This document shows, in pieces, positions 50,441 to 62,479 of a stretch of 64,000 nucleotides of DNA. The notes below the pieces were generated by a model, which was not told the DNA's origin, ran no database searches, and saw only the letters and a list, made by a program, of their open reading frames with translations. Origin of the DNA: Octopus sinensis (Eukaryota); assembly GCF_006345805.1 (NCBI RefSeq), contig NC_043003.1, forward strand, positions 26,784,001 through 26,848,000, read 5' to 3'. Position 1 is the first letter of the stretch. Each line of letters starts with the position of its first letter. The position numbers and the translations under genes are program-made.

Positions 50441-51584
50441 CTTCTAATTTGACGATGAAAATAATGTTTATTAAAATTATCTCGAATTTTTTAGTACTGC
50501 GGCCCACCTTATGATGAGCCATGTATCATGCGGCCTGCTACTCCTAAAAGGTTGCCAATGCCTTGTCTAGAGGAATAGGCAATGCCCTTGTCTTTCAGCC
50601 CCTCAGAGATTGATGAGATCAATAGGTTTAATATTACACTTTAACAGCTGCTTTTAGTGGTTTCAGGCAGTTGATGTACTGGGGGGGGGGAGAAGCGGAC
50701 ATAATGGTTAGTGCAAAGCCTAGGTGGTTGGAAGAAGAAAGATGTGTACCTGTGTGGAGGTGGCACAAAAGCAGAAGTCACTGTCGTAATGACAGAAAAT
50801 GCAGAACGAAGAGAGATGTTTGTGGGTCAGAGGTTGGGGTATGTTGGAGATAGGAGATAGACTTGATGCTACTCAGTTCGTTGACTATTTTTCGGATGCT
50901 GTTTAGGATGCCTGTGTGCGTTGTAGCAACACCATAGTCCCAGATGCAGCAGTAGTTTTCCATTTTGTATCACACACCTTTGAAGAGAGAGAGAGCGAGG
51001 GGGAGAAGAGAGAAATACTCTAATATTTATATCTCCGTATCTACCTGACCATGTGTGCAGCTATATCTGTGTACATTGTTCACTTATATTCATACAGCAT
51101 TTTAGGTCATGCCTGGTTCATTAATCACTCGCAGTAATATCTAACTAGCCAGGTATGTTGTGATATACCTGCGCACATTATACTTATATATCACTACAGA
51201 TATAACCAAGTGTGTTGCTATGTCCGGGTCTATCCTACTGAGAGGGCTAGGTGTGTTGTTATGGTCGGATTTATGAGGGCACGTGACCTAGTGGTTCGGG
51301 TGTTGCGCTGACGATCGCGATGTCGTGGTTTCGATTTCCGGACGAGGTGCTACATATGTTTGTGAACAAAACACTACATATTTCGTTGCTCTGCAGTCAT
51401 TTCGATATTTGACGAGTGACACACTGTTCGCCTGTACAAGCATTTCGATTTGCTAGGAGTAGCAAGTTAATGTACAGCAGAATCATTTAAGCACTATAAA
51501 CAAATCCTCTGTGCAGGCTGTTCAGTAAGAAATTAAGGAACGCACACTCAGGTGTCATTTACAGCAAGGGGGTCCACAATTTAC

Positions 51585-51790
51585 TCTTTTAGTTGTTTCA
51601 GTCATTTTGACTGTGGCCATGCTGGAGCACCACCGTTAATCGAGCAAATCGCTCCAGGACTTATTCTTTGTAAGCCTAGTACTCATTCTATCGGTCTCTT
51701 TGGCCGAACTACTAAGTTACGGGGACGTAAACACACCAGCATCGGTTGTGAAGCGATGTTGGGGGGGGGGAGCAAACACATACACACAAA
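51585..51790 (-). mobile_element. SINE type D, 3' half
   Basis: Reverse complement of the type D tail. Confidence 0.75.
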
Positions 51791-51832
51791 CATAAACACA
51801 CACACGTACACACACACTCACGCACACCACAA

Positions 51833-51900
<68 letters not shown>

Positions 51901-51901
<1 letters not shown>

Positions 51902-52340
51902 ACTGCTTAAAAGGATCTGCACAAGATCTTCATAATTTGATAACTTCGTGTTCCTCAGGAAACATCTACAGCAAAAGGATCCCGCGATTCTTTTTCAATG
52001 CGAGACATGGTCTCCAAAAATAGCTCGTCCTGAAATAGCCACCAATTATGTGGCCCATCAAACACACCAACCTTAATTTTCTCACAAGACAAAACTGGAA
52101 ACTTTCTGCTTAAGCATTTGAAGCTGACACTGTTTCGGTGTTTCAACACATGTTTTGCACACTATATGGGGCGCCCTGGCTTTGTCTTGTCACCCAGTTC
52201 CATGCTAAAGTAAGTAAGGAAGTAAGGTAAGTGATTTTATTTCACTGCCTAATCCAGAAATAAGCAGAAGACATTGGGGCTGTTTTTACATTCCCTTCTC
52301 TCACAACTGGCTATATTTCTAAAACACAAAGCATTTTCAA
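51901..52340 (-). mobile_element. Internally deleted Chapaev3-like (CMC) transposase relic
   Basis: N-terminal RRECKNSPNVFC and YFSMELGD/QDKARAPHIVCKTCVE fused directly to C-terminal FKCLSRKFPVLSCEKIKVGVFDGP..FLRNTKLSNYEDLV; family name from memory of these motifs. Confidence 0.7.
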
Positions 52341-53077
52341 GCCAGTTGTCACCTGGGCAAAGCATTTTCAGAACAGTCAACAGATATAGAGTAAGCAAAT
52401 GCAGATTTGGGATGGCAAAGTTCCATAAAGAGAATACATACCATGAAGTTATTTTTATAGTTCTTTGACAATTGCTTGACGAAAAGTGACCTTGACCCAT
52501 ATGGCTTCACAACTGAAACATTAAGGGCACATTCAAAATACTAATTTCTATAAGAAACCGTTTAAAATTCAATAAAACATGTCTCAACTAGTTTGCAGTG
52601 ATAATCACACTAAATTAAGCAAAGCGTGGGCGTATTTGTAGATAAATTCCGCAAATATGAGACGTATGGTGTCAAGGGCCACAAAATATGTTGTTTCTTA
52701 ACATCCAATTGTATAAAGAACATTTATGTGATCCTCATGACATTTGAAACTGGTTAGATTGAAGATACTGAGAGTTGCTCAAGCTTGATACTTATAATTT
52801 ACAGAAGATACTTAAATCATGACTTTTGTTTTCACTTTTGTAGTTGTATGTACTTTAAATGACATTGAAAAACTATATTTTCAAAGTTAAGTCATCCTCC
52901 ACATATGGGTTCGCATTTGATGAAGTCAAATCTATCCTTAGAAATGGTGACAATATCAGAAATGTTGAAAAATGGACATCTAAGCAAAATGGATTTCATT
53001 TTTGAAACCAACACCCCAGAATTAGTAGGAAATGTGTCTCCAACATCAAACAACAAAATCCCTGTTCACCAGTGTAA

Positions 53078-54062
53078 GCAAATGGAGCAATGTCCGGCGA
53101 ATATGGTGGGTGGAGCATCGTTTCCCATTCAAACTGCTCCAGCCTTTCGCATGTCATCCTCGCTGTATGTAGCCGAGCATTATCTCGGAAGAAAAATACC
53201 TTACGTCTTGAAATCAAAGATGGCCGTTTTTCTTCTAGCGCTGATCTAAGCCGCTTAAACTGTCCGCAGTATATCTCCTTTATTATAATTTGTTTTGGGT
53301 TTAAAAGTTCAAAGTGGACTAAACCTTTCATATCCCACCAAACATATATAACAACACCTTCGTAGGTGAAGGCCTTTAGCCTCTGGTGCCGGTGTTTCTC
53401 CTTTCCCTACCCACTGTCTCCGGTGCTTAACATTTTTATAGAGAACCCATTTCTCGTCACATGTCACTATTCGGTCCAAAAACGGCTCATTCGTGAGTCG
53501 TAAAGCAAAGAAGAGCACACATTCACTCTCTGCGTGCGATTAGACTCAGAAAATTGTGAGGGACCCATCGACCCAATTTTCTGACTGTTTCCATGGCACG
53601 CAAGTGACGATGAATGGTTGAATGACCAAATCCAAGTTTCTCTCCTAGATCCTCAACAGTTACGATGGGATTTTCTTCCACCATGGTTTGCAGGACGTCC
53701 TCGTCGAGCTCTACAGATCTTCCAGGACGAGGTTCGTCTTCTGGGCTGTAGTTTCTGGCTCGGATTTTCTGGAACTACCATTGACATTAGCTTACGCTTA
53801 TTGTCCGATCCCCATAAACTGCTTTAATATTCCTCGCACTTTCCGTTGCGCTGTTGCCTTTATTGAACTCATAAAGCAAAATATGCCGAATATGCTCCTT
53901 TGTCACTTCCATTATAGCTTTGAAAAAATAACTGTTGAAATCGAACTGCACTCTTCAAAACTTGATCTAAGAAAAAGGACATGGTAAAATTACTCCCTGC
54001 TTTTAGAGCAAGTTCATGCAGGTAGTTTATCCCGTCCCCCTACGAACTTTAGTTCATGCAAT
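53078..54062 (-). mobile_element. Mariner (DD34D) pseudogene, copy 2, with 5' TIR
   Basis: DRIVTCDEKWVLYKN, RDNARLH, HPPYSPDIAP; same family as 17240; terminal ACGAACTTTTAGTTCATGCAA. Confidence 0.88.
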
Positions 54063-54439
54063 TGAAACAACTGCATTATTTATGAGATGACCCAATATGT
54101 ATGTAGACTGAAAAGCAGACAGACGGAAAGATCGAGATATAAGTAATATTTCAAGTGCGGAAAGAAGTCAAATTGACATGTCAACTTGACTTCTTTCCTC
54201 ATTTAAATTATTACTGTTATTACTCACTCTACATAACTTAGATTAAGCCCATTGGCTTTTACCTTGGAGATGTGTAGTGTTCCTTGTAATATCAATCGAA
54301 ATCTTACAGATTTTCTTTTGAATTTGGAATACTACGCTAGCCACGATACTGCATGATGTGCTAATGAGGCGAAAGCCAGGACTATAATTAGCCCGTCTGT
54401 CTATCTGTCTGTCTATCTATCTATCTATCTATCTATTTA

Positions 54440-54521
<82 letters not shown>

Positions 54522-55357
54522 GCCTGTCTGTCTGTCTGTCTGTCGTCAGTGTTGCTTTTTTTGCTTAGTAACAATTCAAACAATAACAACAAAACCTAAA
54601 ATCAAAACATTCCGTGAGCATTAATCCTTTCATTATTTAATGTGCTTTTTCCTTTTAACGACTGTAGGGTATGGTTTAACTGATATTTGACTACTGCTTC
54701 TAGCCTATCCGACCAACAAGTAGAAGATTTCCACACCCCATGGTGTGTATCTTGTTCCAGGACCTGGCCATTGAGCTACAGAGGCTGTGAAAAGTGTAAG
54801 ATGTATCTCTGCATCCAAACTACAGGCAACAACTAAAAGCGCAACAATAATAACATTCAGTAACAACAGCAACAAGTGTAACAACAATGATGATAATGAA
54901 GACAATAGGACCTTGACAACAATAACAGCCGCAACAACAATAAACAAACAAAAGTTTCAAGTACATAACAACAAAGAAAAACAAACGAGACGACTGGTAA
55001 ACACATGCATTTAAAGCACTATACTCAAACACATGTAAAGAGTAACATATACACATATATATGCATATTAACTATAGTATGTAATAACATGAGCACACAT
55101 ACATATATACAAAAGACTTTCACACATACAATATCATACACACATACACACATACATATAAAACAGTATGCAATAGCATACGCACATACATATAGATAAA
55201 ACCACATAACATAATATTTACACATGTACATGCATACATATAAAACACTCCACATACACACGCACACACACGCTCACACACAATGTCAAATACAAATACA
55301 TACACAAGAACACAGTACATAATATAACTACATAGAAAGGGTGAAAGGGTGAATACA

Positions 55358-56017
55358 ATGGGATTGCACCTAAAAAGTTGCCCTTCGAGGCACAAGTCCG
55401 GGCAGCGTTGATTATGGAAGACCAGCAGTCGCTCATGCATACAAGCCTCCTCTGTCCATAGCCTCTTCTGTCCATATATACATAGGGTAAAGGGTAAAGA
55501 CCCCTTCGGCTATGAATAACCATGGGATTGCACCTAGAAAATTGCCCGTCGAGGTACTAGTCCGGGCAAGGTGATTTTATGGAAGACCAGCAGTCGCTCA
55601 TGCATACAAGCCTCCTCTGTCCATAGCCTCTTCTGTCCATATATACAAAGGGTAAAGGGTAAAGCCCCCCCCCCCACCTCCAAACCACCTTCAGTCATGA
55701 CTGAAACCCATGGGATTGCACCTAGAAAATTGCCCGTCGAGGTACTAGTCCGGGCAAGGTGATTTTATGGAAGACCAGCAGTTGTCCATGCATACCAGCC
55801 TCCCTTTCCATGCCACTGATGTTATCCAAGGGAAAGGCAAAGGCTGATACAGCTTGGCACCAGTGAGTCACAACTCATTTCTACAGCTGAGTGAACTGGA
55901 GCAACATGAAATAAAGTGTCTTGCTCAAGAATACAACACGCAGCCCGGTCTGTGAGCCGAACTCACTACCTCATAATTGTGATCCCGATCCTCTAACCAC
56001 TGAACCATATGCCTTCA
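55358..56017 (-). mobile_element. CORE-type SINE with tail Z present in three tandem copies
   Basis: ATGGGATTGCACCTA.AAA.TTGCCC.TCGAGG at ~55358, ~55522 and ~55711; head only once (~55860-56017). Confidence 0.85.
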
Positions 56018-56792
56018 CCATAACTACATATACACACACACAATAAAGCAACTGATAGACAATAACATACATACACACACACACACTCACATATATATAT
56101 ACATATACACACCCACATCCCACACTCACAGACACAATAACATCGATGCATATGTACACATATATCATAACATACACATACACGCATACATAAAATAATT
56201 GTCATGCGCAATAACTTATATACACATACGCACACACACTCATACAATGACATACAAACATAAACATATCTGAAACAATGCACACGTACATACTCAAAAC
56301 ACTCCACACACACACACGAACTCTAACGCATAAACAGTACACACACACACACTCACACATAAACATACGCATACACACACGCACACACACACAAACACAC
56401 ACACACACACAATAAACTGAAGCAATATGATACATAGAATGTATTTCGCAAATTCTCATTAACTGCTTTTCACCTGACACGATGTGTGTGTATGTGTGTG
56501 TGTGTGTATGTGTCTGTGTCTGTGTGTGTTTGTTTTGTGTGTGTGTTTCTGGGTGGTGGTGGTGGGAGTGTGCATGTGCGTACGTATGTGCGCGCGTGCA
56601 ATTGATATGGTTTGGACAAAACTGGTTTGAAAACATTCACCTGTTCTTCAACTCATCTCTATACATGTGTGTGCGTATATATGTATATATGTCAATATGT
56701 GTATGTCTGATATATATATACGCACACACACATATACAGATATATGTGTATGTACACACACGCACATATACATATATATATATGTATATGTA

Positions 56793-56847
<55 letters not shown>

Positions 56848-56959
56848 CTATATTGCCTATCTATATATATATGTCTGTTTATCTATCTATCCATTGATCG
56901 ATTTATCTATAATTAATTTATATATATATATTCCACGACGGTAATAGTTGAATAATATT

Positions 56960-57500
56960 CTTAAGGCCGCAATTTACTCACGCACAGCATTTTCAGAGCT
57001 TGTTGCTAATGCAGTTCTTAACTAAATTGAAAACTCTTAACATTTTTGGAGAGGGCTGATCCCTAGCTACATTTTGGTATAAAAAATTGAGATTTGATTC
57101 AGTAGAAAAAAGTTTACATAAAAGTTTGTAGCAACGTTGTATGAGAATAAGTAACGCCACCAATCAAGTTTAAATCTAAAGAACTTTTTTTTATTTTAAA
57201 AGCAAAACATATTTATCTTAGCTTCAATGATAGAAGAAAGCATGGAGAATTTTATAGTTTTGGTCCCATGCAACAAAAATTTGTATCAAAAAATTGTGAG
57301 GTAAAATATAATTAACTTTTTTTCTTTTAAAACCAAACTATATTTTAATTAAGCTTAAATGATAGAGCTCAATTCGAAGAATTTCATAGTATCATTCTCA
57401 TGCAATGAAGTTTTAAAAGAAAAAAGTTATGAGTGTTTGTTTCTCAAATTTGAGAGTGATAATATAGTTCTATACTTTTTTATGAATATAGTTCTATACG
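56960..57500. mobile_element. Possible non-autonomous DNA transposon (Kolobok-like start)
   Basis: TTAA|GGCCGC start and internal degenerate repeats; no second terminus found. Confidence 0.2.
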
Positions 57501-58114
57501 GGGACTTTTAATATATGTCACCGGCGTCATTGAGGGAAAAAAATGCACAACGATACTGCTAATTGAGACATTTGACACATTATTAATTAGCATAATAGCA
57601 TAGCCAGGAAAAATACACGAATTACATTGAAAAAGGCGAGCAAGAGAAATAATATTCTTAAGATTATAAACCTGGAAAAGTACACAATTTATTACACTTG
57701 GAAAAGTTCAGGACAACTTATTACATCTGGTAAAGTACAGAACAAGAAAGTTTTTACTTAAATTATTGCAGCTAAAGATAAAATATGAATATTAAAATTA
57801 TTTGATTTTAATTTACAAAGTAACATTATAATGAAAAAAACGTACTTTCATTTTGTTAAAATATTGACATACTAGAATACTTAAATAATGAGAGCCAGAA
57901 GTAGCAATACAGCTATAGTTTCATGTAAAGCAGAATAGTATATATGGTAGGCAGATTCATTATGTAAAAAATAGGCATCGGGTCAAGACTAAAAATGTGA
58001 AGACTTGGCAATAACTCAAGCAAATTTTACCGTGAATTTGTTGTTATATGTAGATTTTACTGTAATATATAACTAATTTTTGTATTATTCTATTTATTGT
58101 ACTAACTAATTATG

Positions 58115-58345
58115 TGCTACTAGTGGTTAGGGTGTTGAACTCATGATCGTAAGGTTGTGGTTTCGATTCCTGGACCGGGCGATGTGTTGTGTTCTTGAGC
58201 AAAACACTTCATTTCACGTTGCTCCAGTCCACTCAGTTGACAAAAATGAGAAATCTTGCGACGGACCGGCGTCCCGTCCAGGTGGGGAATTTCCACGCTA
58301 CTGAAACCGGGAAACCGGCCCTTATGAGTCTAGCATGGCTCGAGA
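58115..58345 (+). mobile_element. CORE-type SINE with a third tail (W)
   Basis: Head and CORE as in B, then GCGACGGACCGGCGTCCCGTCCAGG..GAAACCGGGAAACCGGCCC, ending (ATT)n. Confidence 0.75.
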
Positions 58346-58547
58346 AGGAAGGTTATTATTATTTTTTTATAGCCTATTTTCAAATTTCTGATTATTTTAT
58401 TCTTAGCAGCAGTATTTTAAGCAAAAGGTTTCTTGTTCTGTACTTTACCAGTTGTAATAAGTTGTCTTAAGGTTTATAATGTTAAGAATATCATTTCTCT
58501 TGCTCGTATTTTTCCATGTAACACACACACATACATATATATATATA

Positions 58548-58609
<62 letters not shown>

Positions 58610-59152
58610 AAATTAGAAAATGGAGAAACATACTTAAATCAATCAATCATCAACCATCAGATAATACCCAATCAATACTTATTACACCATTACATAACAG
58701 CAAAGACATTATACATAATATATTGTAAATATAACCAGACATAGAAATAGAAATATAAAATATAAATATAAATATAAAATATAAATATAAATATAAATAT
58801 AGAAATATATATATATATATAACAGGCATTTGTCTTGCCATGAGTAGGCAGTTTCAATATGTAAAAAACATTGCGTAGGCTGTAGGCGTAAATTAGGTAA
58901 TTTGACGAACAAGAGACATTTCATTACGTGACAATATTTAAAATGTTTTGAGAACAGAACTTACCTACACAAACCTGCATAAATGCATAAACTTATACAC
59001 GCCTGCACGCATGTATGTATGTATGTATGTATGTATGTATGTATGTATGTATGTATGTATGTATGTATGTATGTGTGTGTGTATGTATGTATGTATGTAT
59101 GTATGTATGTATGTATGTATGTATGTATGTATGCCAGAAGGTGTGCAAATCC

Positions 59153-59340
59153 AACGGAGCCTCAAGAGACATTTTAAGATCCACAAAGAGCAGAACTTAT
59201 CTGCAGACCTTGGTGGTCCAAATCGAAGGTACAATCTATGTGGGTGTTTTTTCAGAACATTGTCTGGTTTAAAAAGCGACATCAGATGCCATGATGGTGC
59301 TAAGGTGTAGGTACAAGAGGTGGTCAAATTCTGCATAAGG
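59153..59340 (+). mobile_element. LINE 3' end with paired C2H2-like zinc fingers (RTE-like)
   Basis: RSLKRHFKIH...NLCGCFFRTLSGLKSDIRCH; begins abruptly after (TATG)n. Confidence 0.5.
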
Positions 59341-59408
59341 AGTAGTCAACCACCATGTATGTATATACATACATATATATATATGTATATATGTATATAT
59401 ATATATAG

Positions 59409-59441
<33 letters not shown>

Positions 59442-59807
59442 TATATATATGTGTGTGTGTGTGGTGTGTGTGTGTGTGTGTGTTGTGTGGACACGCATAT
59501 ACGCGTATACGCTTACATACATTTATGTATATACATGCCATGCTCTCAATAATGACGTCAAATATGCTTTTCTTAAATCTATTGAAAATGATTACAAAGT
59601 TGAAAATATATGAAACTACGTGTACTAGTATATGATATATATGTGTGTGTGGGCTCGCACGCGTCTGTGTGCATTTCTCTGTGTGTGTGTGTGTGTGTGT
59701 ACATGCGTGTGTGTGTCTGCATGTGTGCGTATTTGTGAAAGACTTGAAAAGTTAGAAACTTACGGGTTATATATCAATAGCTTTTAGGGATATAGAAGTG
59801 AGCGCGC

Positions 59808-59842
<35 letters not shown>

Positions 59843-59984
59843 TATGTGTGCGTGTATACATACATACGCAGAAATCTCGATTCTTGTGATTATTTCCGTT
59901 ATTTAGAGTCGGTATTAAATGCGCCTACTCCCTGACAATACCCTGCTTTCGCTTACGTGCGTAAAGTAATAATAAGAGCTTCTA

Positions 59985-60140
59985 CAAAAGATTTGACACT
60001 TAGGGACAGCAAAAATTATCAGGAGGGTTGTAAGCGCTTGAAAGACTGCTGAAGACTTCCGGATACCTAAAGTTAGAGATAATAACCCGCTATCCACCTG
60101 ATTCCTACCAGGAATAAGACTGAACCTAAGCCAAACCATA
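59985..60140 (+). mobile_element. R4/Dong-like LINE extreme 3' remnant
   Basis: ELLQKI*HLGTAKIIRRVVSA* parallels VQKIVLMGTAHILRKILSM at 62757. Confidence 0.55.
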
Positions 60141-60227
60141 CTCTTTTTACTTGCCTAAGGTGCCACGCAGTGGGACTGAACCCGGAACCATGTGGTTGGT
60201 AAGCAAGCTACTTACCACACAGCCACT

Positions 60228-60281
<54 letters not shown>

Positions 60282-60763
60282 TATGGATAATTCAGTCCTC
60301 TTGATACGGGAACCCGCCCCCCAGCCAGGGCCAAATATGAGGAACCCCACTGATCCAAAAACCGCTCTGGCCACCGAGAGCAGGTGCTTTCATATTATTA
60401 TTTGTTCTGTAATTTACAAGTGCTTAGGCAATACCCACAAGGAACCACAACAAGCCACAACGTGCGCAAAAAAGGCATTGTGCACACACCACACCTGCAG
60501 ACCATATAGACACAGCAGGACAAGCGAGAGACACAGTTTTTCGGAGGATGGTGGTGAGTCGTCATTTTCTTTGCGGCAAACAATTTTCAACACTTAATGG
60601 TTTCTGCCACAGCATAACAATCTCCAAACACCCTGAGATATACAAAAGACTTCAAAACCATCTCTAGAACATAACCCTAAGTAGTCTATTCATCCACAAT
60701 CACAGCCACCACCACCCCACCACCACCACCACCACCACCACCACCACCACCACCACTACCACC

Positions 60764-60802
<39 letters not shown>

Positions 60803-60804
60803 AC

Positions 60805-61545
60805 CATTTGTTCTCTTTCACTTTCCTCTCCAGATTATCCTTTTCTTTGTTTTACTCATTCGCTTTTTTCTTCTTTTTCTCTTTCACTTTGCAATTCATT
60901 TTTTTTCTCATCTTTCTCTTTCTTAATTCTCTTTTTCCCTTTTTCTCTTTCACTTTGCGACTCATTTATTTTTCTCATCTTTCTCTTTTTCCCCTTTTCT
61001 CTTTCACTTTTCCTCTCCTTCATATTATCCATTTTTGTTTTACTCATTCGCTTCTTTTTCCTCTTTTTCTCTTTCACTTTCTTACTCAATCTTTGTTATC
61101 ATCATTCTATTTCTCTTCATTTTTCTCTTTCAATTTTGCTCTCATTAACACACCTTACTCCTTCCTTTTCTTATTATTTTAGAGTCATTCGCCTTCATTC
61201 ATTTTTCATTTTCACTTTATAACTGATTAATTTTTCCTTAATACTTTTCTTTCCCTAATTTCGTTTTCGCTTTTCCCCAAGTTTTCTTTTTAAATTTTGT
61301 TCTCTTTTACATTTTTGCTTTACTCATTCACTCTTTCCTTCTTGTTCTCTTTCAGTTCATTATACCTTCTTTCATTTCTTTTGTATTTTCGTCTTCTTTA
61401 TTCTTTTTATTCTCTCCTTCAATCACTTCAACCTTTTCCCTGTTCATCCTTTCTCTATCATTATTTCTCACTTTTCCATCTTCATTTTGTCTTCCACACC
61501 TTTCACTCTCCCATCTTTCTCTCTGATGTCCCCCAATTTACTCTA
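60805..61545. repeat. Pyrimidine-rich degenerate minisatellite
   Basis: Recurring TTTTCTCTTTCACTTT; strong strand asymmetry. Confidence 0.8.
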
Positions 61546-61718
61546 CTACTACTAACTACTACTACAACTACTAACCACCACCACCACCACCACCACCACC
61601 ACCACTACTACTACTACTACGAAGTGGTACGAAGAAGAGGGGAAGAACAACAGACAAGAAGAAATGGGAGGAGGAGGAGGAGGAGGAAATGGAGGGGCAA
61701 GTAGTAGTAGTAGTAGTT

Positions 61719-61761
<43 letters not shown>

Positions 61762-61859
61762 AAGAATGATGATGATGATGATGATAATGAAGAAGTGGAG
61801 GAGAAGAAAAAAGGTGAAGAAATATGTGAAGAAAAGAATTATGAAAGAAGTGTCTCTTT

Positions 61860-61890
<31 letters not shown>

Positions 61891-62177
61891 CCCTTTTCTT
61901 TCTCTTTCTTCTCTCTCTGCTTCCGTCCCTCATATCCCACATGTGGCTGTATATATGTATATATATATATGCATGTGTATGTATACATGTGCGTATAACT
62001 ATATGTACGTGTACATTGTTTGCACGCGCGCGTCTATGTGTGTATGTGTGTGTATGTGTGTGCGCGTGTGTGTGTGTGTGTATGGTTTTTATGATCGCCA
62101 TGACTAACACTCCTGATGATAGCAGCGACAAAACTCTCCGGATCATCTTAATCAAAGCAACCCCATTAAATACTCAC

Positions 62178-62186
62178 TTTATCCAG
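62178..62186 (-). CDS. Candidate 9-nt microexon (CTGGATAAA)
   Basis: TTTCCAATTTCTGTTTTGGTCTCAG|CTGGATAAA|GTGAGTA within a unique island between microsatellites. Confidence 0.45.
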
Positions 62187-62479
62187 CTGAGACCAAAACA
62201 GAAATTGGAAATGCCGGCTTTTCAAGCCAACTTCGTTATTGTTTGAATATCTGTACGTCTGCATGTCTGTCTGTTTGTTTCAATGTTGTTATTGTTATTG
62301 CTGTCGTTGTTGTATTTGATTGGTGAATTATTGCATTGTTACAATTGCATGAGGTGTTTGTGTTTGTATGCGTCTATGTTTGTATGTTTTTTTTAAATTT
62401 ATTCTGCTGTTTAATTATTTTGTTTGTTTAGATTTATTTTAATTTCATTTTGTTACATTCAATTTCGGTTTCATTTGAT

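Noticed and set aside
52860-53075. Tigger-like HTH or host exon
   Set aside because: Short ORFs without diagnostic residues.
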